Shown piece after piece: positions 28,906-44,037 of a stretch of 64,000 nucleotides of DNA. The translations under genes were made by a program, and so were the position numbers. Within the stretch, counting starts at the first letter, position 1. Every line of letters begins with the position of its first letter. Below the pieces are notes generated by a model. That model was given only the letters and a program-made list of their open reading frames with translations, did no database searches and was not told where the DNA came from. Source of the DNA: the human T2T-CHM13v2.0 reference genome, Homo sapiens; NCBI RefSeq assembly GCF_009914755.1, contig NC_060930.1; one strand, given 5' to 3'.

Positions 28906-31179
28906 TGACATGGTTTGGCTGTGTCCCCACCCAAATCTCAACTTGAATCTTATCTCCCAGAATTCCCACGAGTTGTGGGAGGGACCCAGGGGGAGGTAGT
29001 TGAATCATGGGGGCCAGTCTTTCCCATGCTATTCTCCTGATAGTGAATAAGTCTCACAAGATCTGATGGGTTTATCAGAGGTTTCCACTTTTGCTTCTTC
29101 CTCATTTCTTCTTGCCACTGCCATGTAAGAAGTGACTTCTGCCTCCTGCCATGATTCCCTGGCTTCCCCAGCCATGTAGAGCTGTAAGTCCAATTAAACC
29201 TCTTTTTCTTCCCAGTCTCAGGTATGTCTTTATCAGCAGCGTGAAAATGGCCTAATACAGTAAATTGGTACCGGTAGAATGGGGCATTGCTCAAAAGATA
29301 CCCAAAAATGTGGAAGTGACTTTGGAACTGGGTAACAGGCAGAGATTGGAACAGTTTGGAGGGCTCAGAAGACAGGAAACTGTGGGAAAGTTTGGAACTT
29401 CCTAGAGACTTGAATGACTTTGCTCAAAATGCTGATAGCAATATGGACAATAAAATCCAGGCTGAGGTTGTCTCAGATGGAGATGAGGAACTTGTTGGGA
29501 ACTGAAGCAAAGGTGACTCTTGTTATGTTTTAGCAAAGAGACTGGAGGCATTTTGCCCTTGCCCTAGAGATTTGTGGAACTTTGAACTTGAGACAGATGA
29601 TTTAAGGTATCTGGCAGAAGAAATTTCTAAGCAGCAAAGCATTTAAGAGGTGACTCGGATGCTGTTAAAGGCATTTAGTTTTATAAGGGAAGCAGAGCAT
29701 AAAAGTTTGGAATATTTGCAGCCAGACTATGTGGTAGAAAAGAAAAACCCATTTTCTGGGGAGAAATTCAAGCCAGCTGCAGAAATTTGCATAAGTAGCA
29801 AGGAGCCTAATGTTAATCCCCAAGACCATGGAGAAAATGTCTCCAGGCCATGTCAGAGACCTTCATGGAAACCCCTCCCATCACAGGCCCAGAGGCCCAG
29901 GAGGAAAAATTGGTTTCATGGGCTGGGCCCAGGGTCCCTGTGCTGTGTGCAGCCTATGGACTTGGTGCCCTGTGTCCCAGCCTCTCCAGCCATGGCTGAA
30001 AGGAGCCAATGTACACCTTGGGCTGTTGCTTCAGAGGGTGGAAGCCCCAGGCCTTGGCAGCTTCCATTTGGTGTTGAGCCTGAGGGTGCACAGAAGTCAA
30101 GAATTGAGGTTTGGGAACCTCTGCTTAGATTTCAGAAGATGTATGGAAACACTTGGATGCCCAGGCAAAAGTTTGCTGCAGGGGCAGGGCTCTCATGGAG
30201 AACCTCTGCTAGGGCAGTGTGGAAGGGAAATGTGGGGTCAGAGCCTCCACACAGAGTCTCTACTGGGGCAGTGCCTAATGGAGCTGTGAAAAGAGGGCCA
30301 CCATCCTCCAGACCCCAGAATGGTAGATCCACCCACAGCTTGCACCATGCACCTGGAAAAGCCACAAACACTCAATGCCAGCCCGTGAAAGTAGCCAGGA
30401 GAGAGACTGTACCCTGCAAAGCCACAGGGGCAAGACCATGGGAACCCACCCCTTGAATCAGCATGACCTGGATGTGAGATCTGGAGTCAAAGGAGATCAT
30501 TTTAGAGCTTTAAAATTTGACTGCCTCACTGGATTTCAGACTTGCATGGGTCCTGTAACCCCTTCCTTTTAGCCAGTTTCTCCCATTTGGAACGGCTGTA
30601 TTTACCCAATACCTATACTCCCATTGTATCTAGGAAGTAACTAGCTTGCTTTTGATTTTACAGGCTCATAGGCAGAAGGGACTCACCTTGTCTCAGATGA
30701 GACTTTAGACTCTGAACTTTTGGGTTAATGCTGAAATGAGTTAAGACTTTGGGGGACTGTTGGGAAGGCATGATTGGTTTTGAAATGTGAGGACATGAGA
30801 TTTGGAGGAGCCAGGGGTAGAATGATATGGTTTGGCTGTGTCCCCACCCAAATCTCAACTTGACTTTTATTTCCCAGAATTCCCACATGTTGTGAGAGGG
30901 ACCCAAGGGGAGGTAATTGAATGATAGTGGCCGATCTTTTCCATGCTATTCTCGTGATAGTGAATAAGTCTCATGAGATCTGATGGGTTTATCAGGGGTT
31001 TCTGCTTTTGCTTCCTCATTTTCTCTTGCTGCTGCCATGTAAGAAGTGCCTTTCACCTCCCCCGCCCGCCATGATTCTGAGACCTCCCCAGCCATGTCTA
31101 ACTGTAAGTCCAATTAAATCTCTTTTTTTTCCCAGTCTCAGGTATGTCTTTATCAGCAGTGTGAAAACGGACTAATACA
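28906..31179 (+). mobile_element. Full-length THE1A MaLR provirus (LTR-int-LTR)
   Basis: 5' LTR 28906-29259, internal 29260-30822 (MaLR ORF remnant 29650..30456), purine tract, 3' LTR 30823-31179; TSD ggggg at 28901-28905 and 31180-31184. Confidence 0.92.
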
Positions 31180-31746
31180 GGGGGTCTGAAAGTCATCAGG
31201 TATTTCTGGACATGGGAATGGCAGTGGAAGGGGAGGGTGGTGATGGGAAGGGAAAGGTCAGGAAATAATGCTGGGAAGATAGGTCTGGTGAGATTGTGAA
31301 GGGCTTGATATGCTAACTCAGTGTTTCTCAAATGGGGCTCTCAGAACTCCATTACAAACATAAAAATTGTTGAAGACCCCTGAAGCGCTTTTGTTTACCT
31401 GGGTTCTGTCTATTGATGTATACCGCATTTAGAAATTGAAACTGATGATTTTTTAAATATTTATTAATTTTAAAAGAACGATAATAAACTCATCATGCTA
31501 ACACAAATAGCATATTTTTTATGAAAAATAACTTTTCCAAAACAAAAAGATTAACCAAGATTGGCATTGTTTTACATTTTCAAATCTTTTTAACATCTGG
31601 CTTAATGGAAGACAGCTGTATTCCTGCATTTTCTTCTGTATTCAGTCTGTTTTGATATGTTGTTTTGGTTGAAGCACATGAAGAAAATCCATCTTTACAC
31701 AGATATGAAGATGGAGAAAGGAGGAGGAATATTTAAATAACCTTTT

Positions 31747-32395
<649 letters not shown>

Positions 32396-35300
32396 AAGCA
32401 ATAGATTCTTAAAGGTCAGTTGCATTGTGATATCTGAAACTATCAATGAACTTTTCAGTGTGAGACATTAAAATCCATTGATTAATTTTGAATTTAGATT
32501 GGCTTTTCTACCCATGCATGACTGTGTAATACCATGCATTGATAATTTGGAAAATAATTGGTTCACTGAGTCCCTGGCAGATCTTCCAAATGTTGACACA
32601 TTCATTTACAGCCAACCCGTCTTGTAGAAAAGCTTTTAAGCATTGGGAAGCTGCCAAACTCATAGTGGTGAATACAAGTTTTCCAAAACTCTAATGTTTG
32701 TTTGAAAAGCTCAAATTTTATCACTGGCAACAAATACTGAGAGTTTTCCTCGTAATGATAGGCAGGCTTCCTTTGTTCACTTTCAAGCAAAAGTCTGCCA
32801 GATACCCAAGTCTGAATAACTATAGTTTGTCTCACAATTGTTCTTTCAAGTAAAAATAGTCTTCCATGAAAAAGTGGCTAGTGGCTCGCAACTCAAACAG
32901 TTGCAGTATTCCTTAAGGCAAGCATTACACGTGGGTGTGCAGACTGAAGTGCTTTTGGCATACTTCCCATCATATCACATAGAATATTTAAGAAGACTAT
33001 ACTCAAGGGTAGAGATTTAATAAAATTGAATTTTACTAGCTTCATCAAGGACATTCTCACTTAAGAAGCAGTTGTTTCTTGAGAGTGTGTGGTGGTGAGG
33101 CACACTATACTACCAATAAGCTTTCATGTCCCTGCCTTGATTGGTGCTGACGCCAGCAGCTGTGCCCTCACCGCTTTTGCACCATTAGTGCAAATGTCAA
33201 CACAATGAAAAAGGCATATAACATTTTAGTATCATTCTACAAATAGCTCTCACCTGGCAGACTGCCTGCATGGGTCTCAGGAATTCCCCTGGGTTTACGA
33301 GCCATGTTTTGAGAGCCTCTATGCTAAGGGATTACAGACTCAGGGTGCTAACTTGTAGACAGTTGGGACCCATGGAGGGTCTCAAAGAGAATGCCTCTGT
33401 TAGACACTCTCCTCTGGGCGCTCACGGCACTTCGGATCTTACAGCACTTATCACGCTTCTGTAACAGTGGTGTTTATGTGTCTGTCTCCCAAGAAAACTG
33501 AGCATCTTGAGAGCAGAGCAGAGATTAACTCACACACATCATCTCCCAAGCCCAGAGCTCACTTAGCTGGCACTCAAGAAATGCTGTTGAGTGAGTGCCC
33601 TGAGGATGGCTGCAGCAGCACTGTGACTCTGGAAACTCAGGGCCAGAAGGAGATTTCAATCATCCTCTTGCCTTTGAGTGTCTAATCCATTTAGAAAGAT
33701 GTTATCTCATTCCTATTTTAAAAGGTGTCCAAGGAAGATGTAACTGCACCTTCTTAATCCCTGTCTTCCCAACCTGTGGGATACCTCTTTCTACTACCAC
33801 CCAGGAATGTTCTGCATACAGACTAGATGCCTTGTCTTTCTTGAGGGAAGAAATTTATGTAAATATACAATTCACTTTTATTTATCACATCCAAGACAAT
33901 CAACTAGTGCAGAACCTTAACTTTGTTGGACTTGGTCATTGAAATATAATAAAAATTATATTAGCAATGTTGAAAATTCTTGGCAATGTATTTTTATTCT
34001 TATTTATTTACTCTTGAAGGTTTTGTAGCAGAGAAAGATAATCTATAGATTATATTTCTTATGTTTATAGATTCGGGGGTTCACCTACAGTTTGGTTACA
34101 TGGATATCTTGCATAGTGGTGAAGTCTGGACCTTTAGTGGAGCCATCACCCTAATAATGTACATTGTACCCATAAAGTAATTTCTCATCCCTCACCTCTA
34201 TAAATTATATTAACATGTTTTTAAAATTTTGCTATTTACTCAATTGTGGAGAATTATGAATTACGGTGTAACTCTCCACTTCCAGACTAGCTACAGAGGT
34301 CTGGTTTTTTGCAAGATACATGGATAACAATTTTGTTAAATTTGGTTCTGCCTTAATAAAATCCAACGACTCTGAAAAATAAATTTGAGAAAAGATACCA
34401 CATGTTGGCAAATCACGTGTGATAGAAAAGAACCCTTATGAATTGCTCTTCCCTAATTATGAAGCCATCTTTAATTCAGTTCAATAAAACATTTAATTTT
34501 GTCTGTATCTTCAGAGAGAGAAATTCACAGGTCAGCTTGTTCACAGAAAACATTTAGTAAATGGAAGTATATGACCTTTTGAATCATTGTTTCAGGTCAA
34601 TTAAACTTGTGTAAAAATCCATTTTATCTTTTCCTCATGAAATCTTTGGGGATAGAATTAAATCAGATGTTTCTATAAATCTTCTGAGAGTCTTCTGCGT
34701 TAAAAAAATGTAGATGTCTATTCAGGAAACTCAAATTATTACATATATAAAGGACTCCTATTTTACATCCTTACTAGGGTAAGTTTTTTAAAAATTATTT
34801 TTAACAAAATCAACTTGCTGGAGGTTGGCAGCCACAGTGAGGGACTCTTCTGGATCTACTCTTGGGTCAGAACTGGCTGCGAGTAGAAGTGCCCTATATG
34901 GGGGCATTTCTATATATGGGGAACTTCATGTACCCTGGGGGTTAGGACCAATCTAGGGCTCTATGAAAACTACTTTGTTCTTTAAAAGTGGCACTAATCT
35001 CCTTCTGCCCTGGGATGTGAATTTTTTATTCACAATCCTGGCCCTAGGAAAGGGGAGCAGTTTCAAAAGTTTCTAGTTGACCTTCCCCACTCTGAGAGGT
35101 CTTGAACTGCAGTCCAAGGATCTAATGTGGAAGTTACTCTTAACTGCGGTGTATCAGTTCCAACTATACACTCAAGTCTGGAGAAAATGACCACACAGGC
35201 CCAAGGGGCCCATGGTGTGCTGGACTGTGGCCTGGACTCCATTTATTACCTGGCCCCTGTGAGCCCTCCCTCTAGCAGTGGGGCCATGATGACATTTTGC

Positions 35301-36486
35301 ATCCCTAACTGTCAGTGTCAACTCAGACCCCTGTCTAATAATTGGTTAAAGTGCAGGGATTGAGAGAGAACGTGGGTTCAAGTCCCTGGTCCAGCACTTG
35401 GTGAACAAGGGACTTCAAGCAATATTCAACCTCTGTCGGCCGCATTTTCTATTTCTATTAAATGGCCTGGGATATGACTTTTAGAATAGTATGAATCCCA
35501 TTTGGATTTTATGAAGATTAAATGAGACATTTTATGTAAGGAGTTTAGAATTATTCCTGGCCCATAATAGCAAGCACTTTTATATGCTAGTATTCCTAAA
35601 AACTAAAGGCCATTTGAGATTCTCCAGCTGGGGTGTACTTTGCTGAAAGTCTGAGAAGTCTACAAAAATTAGACAGTCTTCCATATCTCAGCACCTAGCT
35701 CTACTCTGGTTTAGAGCCAAAGACAAGAAGAAGCATAGTGGGGAGGTGGTGAGAGGCCGAGGAAGGCTACTGATGTCAAGAAGAGTTTTGACCACAGAAC
35801 TAACAAGCAAGATGGCTGAGGGGCACTTTTCAGAGAGGCCCCCGTGACCCTCATACATGGCCCTAGGTGTCAGTAAACTCCTGGTGATGAGCAGTACCCA
35901 TGTATTGCAATGCACCTCACTCCTGGGACATATCTCCGAGGAAGCAGGGCCTAGAATGGTTCTTTCAACTGTGCAAGGAGGCCCAACCCCTTTGCTGGAC
36001 TGGAAAATATTTGCTAAAAGAAGGGCACAAAGCTGCTAAGGCTGGGATTTCCAACAATCTTATGGGCTGAGAAGGCCAGCCTAAATGGGAGACACCCTGA
36101 CTTTGGGAGGAGGACATGGTTGGGTGGCTTGATGCATCTGCATATAGCAAAGTGGAGAATTTTTATTTACCATAATTGCAGGGTGGCAGATTCTCACTAG
36201 GAAAATGATTAGAGAAAGAAAGATGCATGCAATGGGAAGATCACATGTTGGGGGCATGGAGTGCATGACCAGTGAGGCCTGGTGGGGAAGAAGCCAGGGA
36301 GAGCATCCTGGCGAGAGGAGTCCCGTGGGGGGTGGTGGTAAAGAGAGAGGGAGATGTGAGATGAAAGTGAGAGCTGTCTGAAAAGGATGGTCAAGAACCA
36401 AGTCCGAAATGGGATTTGACTAGCTTTTGAGTATGGATTTGTGTTTGTTTACATAAATATATTTATTTGACTATATTAATTTAACT

Positions 36487-37919
36487 AACTGAGCTGACAT
36501 GTATTAAATGGGATAGCCACAGATCCAGGGCCATGTACAGCCCCGATTCTGCTCCATGTAGGGGCCTTGAGGAGTATATCTGGCAGACAGGGCTGCTCTG
36601 GCCCCCATAGCAATGAGCAGCCGTCAGACAGTGCCAGCCACCATTTCCCTGCTCCTTCTAGTGCAGAGCTGGGCCTGAAATTGAGTTTTGAGGTTTACAG
36701 CTCAGCATGGCTGAGCTGTGTTTGGAGGGAGGGGTCTGGATGGCTGGGTTTTTTAATGTGACACCATACAGAGACTGGTTCTAGAGGTGGCCCAGTTGTA
36801 TTTGGGTTACACACGCACATCTCCAAAGGCTGGCACAGTGACAGGGCTGGTTATGCCATTGAAGCCAAGGAGTAACATAGAACTAAGGGCAAATGCCTGA
36901 GATTAGAAGCCTGACAGTCTGTTGCTGTTCTCACTGGCCAGTGGGTCAGCACTATCCCTGCCTCTCCATAACCTGGCTGCACAGTGGATGCTACCAGCCC
37001 TGCCCATGGTGCCCTGAATCTTTGACCAGAGCCTCCAGACCCTGTGCCCCTGATGCAGGAGCTTCCAGACCACAGGAGATCATCATCCTGGTGGCTGGAC
37101 TCGGCAGCCCAGAGCAAAATGACCCTGGACTTTCCCTCAGCTGAAACCATGCAGATAGGATAAGACAAGATGTTTTCCAGACTCTAGGACACAGCCCACC
37201 ACTTGGCCCTCTCCACCAAAAGATGCTCTGCTGAGAAGTTAGGAAGAGGTTAATGGAAGGCATGCTCCCCTCACCTCAGCAAACATGTCAGGATTGCAAC
37301 TCCTGGGGATGCCATGTGCACGTGAATTTAAGAAAAAAAAAAGGACTTCTTTGTTTGGGAGCAGGGGCAGAGCAACCCAGTAACTGAATAATTGGAGTGA
37401 CCCAATAGGATCAGTGATGATTCTTACAATGTGGAGCTAAGCTGAGTCACATACACCAGTGAGGAGAGCAGGAGTGCCACCCCAGGGTATGCTTCACCTA
37501 ACTCTTAGAGATAATTTCATTTCTGTTTTTGAAAATCCTCTTGGTACAGTTGCTGATAAGCTGATCTAGTGCCCACAAAAACCCCATGTGAAAATCTAAG
37601 GTCATTTAAAAATTACATATGTTAGGCTCTCCTTTTAGCAACTGCAATCTGATTGAGCTGGACAACAAACATTTATTGAGTACTTACTGGGTCCCAGGCA
37701 CACTGAGCTGCAAACCTCAAAACTCAGTTTCAGGCCCAGCTCTGCACTAGAAGGAGCAGGGAAATGGTGGCTGGCACTGTCTGATGGCTGCTCATTGTTA
37801 TGGGGGCCAGAGCAGCCCTGTCTGCCAGATACACTCCTCAAGGCCCCTACATGGAGTAGAATCGGGGTTGTACATGGCTCTGGATCTGTGACTATCCCAT
37901 TTAATACATGTCAACTCAG

Positions 37920-37921
<2 letters not shown>
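36487..37921. repeat. 219-bp inverted repeat (arms 36487-36705 and 37703-37921, spacer 997 bp)
   Basis: Arms are reverse complements with 10 mismatches by eye; ORFs 36567..36761(+) and 37635..37841(-) are near-identical. Confidence 0.95.
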
Positions 37922-38228
<307 letters not shown>

Positions 38229-38985
38229 TGTGAAGGGCCTTCTTTAAATACAGAGGTGAGAGTCTCCAGCCAAGTCTGGGTAGCCAGGGAGGGTTCTATA
38301 TGAATCAGGAACAGCAAAGGGGTCCGAGGCATGGGGTCTAGTCACCTCCAGGACTTGTTATCTGGAATCAGTGCCTTGCAGGTGGACCACCTGGTAAAGG
38401 CAAGTCTAGATGGGGAAGAAGCAAATTCTGCCCCCTTTTGTCCACTGCTGGGGTGAAAAGACATGGGGGAAGGGAGGCTGATGAGAGGTGATTGGTAATG
38501 AGTTTTTAATGAAACCCATGAAGCAGTGAATTTACATATAATTATGCATACTATTTTGGAATTACTAAATATTAATATTAATTCAATAATTTAATAAATA
38601 TTTATTTTCATTTTAAAAATAATTTATAAATATTAAATAACTTAAATATTATAAATTATTTCAAATAGGTAGGTTACTTTTTAACTAACTTTGAAAAAAG
38701 TACCTACCTATTTGAAAAACACAGGTGTGCATTCTTGAACATGAAAAAGATCTCTGGTTGGAACTCCTGCAGCCAGCAATTTTAGCTCTTCTTTTTTTTG
38801 ACAAATATGTTTATGAAATAGTATGTTGTAAACATTTATGAAATCATTACATTGTATCCCATAAATATATATAATTATTATTTGTCTATTGAAAATAAAA
38901 ATATAAACAAACCTATAATGGGGCAAATATTTCCTGTGGAGGAATATACAGTAGGATGGACTTCCTCTTTTAAAAAGTAGCATTG

Positions 38986-39288
<303 letters not shown>

Positions 39289-39809
39289 TCAGGAGCACAC
39301 TTAGAATGGGGAGCTCTGTCCAGCTGTTATGTGGTGGGCATTGCTGGGCTGACCCTCTATCGCAGAGACCACAAAGCAAAGAAAACAAAAGGAATCCGGA
39401 GCCCCGGTGCCCATATTTGGCTGGTGGAAGCATCACTAACAAGCAACTTGCCTGAGAATTAGACAAACCTAGAGCCCTCTTCAGCCTTAGGAGTGAGCTA
39501 CAAATCTCGACACTTCCAGAGATGAACACTGCCAGCGCTTTAAGAGCCCAAAGCTTTCTGTCTGGATTTCTTCTCTCCCTCTTGCTTTGACTTGCTGGTC
39601 CCACAACCCCATCCTCTGAGCTCTGACCCTTCCCATCCTCCACCACACAACCACCAGGCTTCTATGTCACTCTTCCCATCTCAAGAGGTCCCCATTCTCC
39701 TCCAACTGATGCCCCCCAAGTCTGTGAGAAGACGGCTGCTTAACTATTATGAATGCATCCATTTACACCTTGGCTTAAGTATGCTTTCAGCTAATTCATT
39801 CAATAGACT

Positions 39810-39811
<2 letters not shown>

Positions 39812-39860
<49 letters not shown>
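39812..39860. repeat. (GT)n microsatellite
   Basis: About 24 uninterrupted GT units. Confidence 0.95.
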
Positions 39861-39863
<3 letters not shown>

Positions 39864-40187
39864 TTTCTATGTGCTAGGCCAGATGCAAGCCTACAGAGGC
39901 TGGAGAGTTAGGCAGGGACTGGGTCTCCCCACATGTGTCTGCCAGCTACCAAAAAGAAAAGGCAGCCCTGATACATGGCAAAGTACGACAATTACAGGAT
40001 TAGACCTGAATATCTACTATTACTAGGCTCTTTGCTAGAGATTGAAAACACACTGGCAAGCAAGACAGCTCATTTTTTCAAAGAGTTTACAGCCTGGTGA
40101 AAAAGACAGGCAAGAAAAGGGCACTTAAGCTTCATAATGGTAAGCATTATTGTATTAGTCAGTATTCTCCAGAGAAACAGAAATACA

Positions 40188-40246
<59 letters not shown>

Positions 40247-40269
40247 ATACACACGCACACACACACTCA

Positions 40270-40681
40270 CCATTCCCAAACTTGTGGTAGTTCCACTTAC
40301 AACTTTTGACTTTACAATGATGTAAAAGTAGAAACTGTACTTTGAATTTTAAATTTTGGTTTTTTTTCCTGGGCTAGTGGTAGGTAGTCCAATAGTCTCT
40401 TGCAATTCTGGGCGGCGGCAGTGAGCTGAACTCCCAGTCAGCCACACTATCATGAGGGTAAGCAATGGATACTCTACAGTGTACTGCATTGCCAGATGGT
40501 TTTGCTCAATGCTAGGCTAATGGCAGTGTTTTGAGCATGTTTAAGGTAGGCTAGGCTAAGCTATGATGTTTGGTAGGTTGGATGTATTAAATATGTTTTG
40601 ACTTATGATGTTTTTGAGTTAATATTTCAACTTATGATGGGTTTATCAGAACATAACCCCAGCGTAAGTGGAGGAGTATCT

Positions 40682-40682
<1 letters not shown>
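40270..40682 (-). mobile_element. Tigger4/MER46-type DNA transposon
   Basis: End caacttatgatgggtttatc...gtaagtggaggagtatctg plus TA. Confidence 0.7.
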
Positions 40683-40725
<43 letters not shown>

Positions 40726-41672
40726 AGCCCTCTTTATCCATGGATTCCACATCCATAAGTTAGACCAACCATGGATTGAAAATATTCAGAAAAAAAATTG
40801 CGTGCGTACTGAACATGAGCATATTTTCCCATCATTATTCCCTAAACGGTACACTATAACAACTGTTTATATAGCATTTACATTGTTTTAAATATTATAA
40901 GTAATATAGAAATGACTTAAAGTATACAGGAAGAGAATTGTCTATTCATGTCCTTAGCCCACTTTTTGATGGGATTGTTTTTTTCTTGTTGATTTGTTTG
41001 AGTTCTTTGTAGATTCTGGTTATTAGTCCTCCATTGGATATATAGATTGTGAAGATTTTCTCCCACTCTGTGGATTATCTGTTAACTCTGCTGATTGTTT
41101 CTTTTGCTGTACAGAAGTTTCTTAGTTTAATTAAGTCCCATGTGTTTATCTTTGTTTTTGTTGCATTTGCTTTAGGGTTCTTGGTCATGAAGTCTTTGCC
41201 TAAGCCAATGTCTAGAAGGGCTTTTCCAATGTTATCTTCTAGAATCTTTATGGTTTCAGGTCTTAGATTTTTGTATAAGGTGAGAGATGAGAATCCAGTT
41301 TCATTCTTCTATATGTGGCTTGCCAATTATCCCAGCACAATTTGTTGAGTAGAGTGTCATTTCCCCACTTTATATTTTTGTTAGCTTTGTCGAAGATCAA
41401 TTGGCCTTAAGTATTTGGCTTTATTTCTGGGTTCTCTATTCTTTTCTATTGGTCTATGTGCCTATTTTTATACCAGTAACACGCTGTTTTGGTGACTATG
41501 GCCTTATAGTATAGTTTGAAGTCAGGTAATATGATGCCTCCAGATTTCTTTTTTCTGCTTAGTCTTTCTTTGGCTATGCAGGCTCTTTTTTTGATTCCAT
41601 ATGAATTTTAGGATTGCTTTTTCTAGTTCTGTGAAGAATGATGGTAATAATTTGATGGGAATTGCATTAAAT

Positions 41673-41912
41673 TTGTAGATTGCTTTTGTCAGTATGGTCA
41701 TTTTCACAGTATTGATTCTGCCCTTACAAATGGCCAACAAGCATATGGAAAAATGCTCAACATCACTAATTATCAGGGAAACGCAAATCAAAACCACAGT
41801 GCATTTCCCTGATAATTAGTGGTGTTGAGCATTTTTTCATATGCTTTTTGGCCATTTGTATGGGTAGAATCAATATTGTGAAAATGAGCATACTGACAAA
41901 AGCAATCTACAA
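41673..41912. repeat. Fold-back inverted repeat, 113-bp arms, 14-nt loop
   Basis: 41673-41785 versus reverse complement of 41800-41912: 8 mismatches, no gaps. Confidence 0.92.
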
Positions 41913-41990
41913 TGTTGTGAAAATGACCATACTGCCAAAAGCATCAAACTACTTACCATGATTCTGTGTGCAAATCAAAACCACAATGTG

Positions 41991-42531
<541 letters not shown>

Positions 42532-42964
42532 CACCCCACAATGTGATACCACCTCACTCCTGCAAGAATGATCATACTTTAAAAATAAAAAAAAATAGAT
42601 GTTGGCATGGATGCAGTGAAAAGGGAACATTTACACACTGTTGGTGGGAATGTAAACTAGTACAACCACTATGGAAAACAGTGTGGAGATTCATTAAAGA
42701 ACTAAAAGATCTACCATTTGATCCAGCAATCCTACTACTAGGTATCTACCCAGAGGAAAAGAAGTCATTATATAATACAAAAAATATACTTGTACATGAA
42801 TGTTTACAGCAGCACAATTTGCAATTGCAAAAATATGGAACCAGCCCAAATACCCATCAATCAGCAAGTGGATAAAGAAAATCTGATATATAATATATAT
42901 TTTATATATATATATACACACACAATATATATATAGATATATATATACACTATATATAGATATA

Positions 42965-43152
42965 TATATTTTGTGGTAAGGTTTGTGTTGCAAAGCTTGT
43001 TGATTGGTGTTGCATTGTTTTCATCTTTTAGTGCCTCACCAAACATGTTGGTATTAAAAAGAATGCTATGATCACCAAAAAATTGAGAATTGCTGCATTA
43101 CATTCTAAATCACAAAGGAGCAAAGGTGTCATTTTCTGTTTCCAATATCAGT
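42965..43152 (+). repeat. 188-bp direct copy of 45158-45345 inside a (TA)n tract
   Basis: 4 mismatches, no gaps by eye; TA-rich repeats on both sides. Confidence 0.95.
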
Positions 43153-43656
43153 GATATATATATATATATCACATTTTCATATATATACATATATGTGTAT
43201 GTGTATATATACATATATATGTGTATGTGTATATATATAAACACACACATACACACACACCATGGAATACTACTCAGCCATAAAAATAAATGAAATAATG
43301 GCATTCACAGCAACTTGGATGGAATTGGAGACTATAGTCTAAGTGAAGTAACTCAGGAATGGAAAACCAAACATTCTATATTCTCACTCATATGTGGGAG
43401 CTAAGCTATGAGGACGCAAAGGCATAAGAATGATACATTGGACTCTGGGGACTCGGGGGAAAGAATAGGGGATGGTGAGGGATAAAAAACTACACATTGG
43501 GTACAGCGTACACTACTCAGGTGAGGGGTACACCAAAATCTCAGAAATCACCACTACAGAACTTATTCATGTAACCAAACACCACCTGTTCCCCAAAAAC
43601 CTATTGAAATAAAAAAATAAAAAATTAAAAAATTAAAAGTAAATAAAATAACATAC

Positions 43657-44037
43657 AATGTGGCACATATACACCATGGAATACTATGAAGCCATAAAAA
43701 AGGATGAGTTCATGTCCTTTGTAGGGACATGGATGAAGCTGGAAACCATCATTCTCAGTAAACTATTGCAAGGACAAAAAATCAAACACCGCATGTTCTC
43801 ACTCATAGGTGGGAATTGAACAACGAGAACACTTGGACACAGGAAGGGGAGCATCACACACCGGGGCCTGTCGTGGGGTGGGGAGAGGGGGGAGGGATAG
43901 CATTAGGAGATATACCTAATGTAAATGACGAGTTAATGGGTGCAGCATGCCAACATGGCATATGTATACATATGTAACAAACCTGCACATTGTGCACATG
44001 TACCCTAGAACTTAAAGTATAACAATAAAAAAAAAAA
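43657..44037 (+). mobile_element. Young L1PA 3' end inserted in the L1PB A tail
   Basis: aatgtggcacatatacaccatgg...accctagaacttaaagtataa plus poly-A. Confidence 0.9.

Noticed and set aside
29650-30456. 268-aa ORF as a novel host gene
   Set aside because: Lies wholly inside THE1A internal sequence; it is the ordinary MaLR ORF remnant.
36567-37841. Paralogous peptide genes MRSISGRQG / MRSVSGRQG
   Set aside because: Products of the inverted repeat with TTG starts and no gene context.
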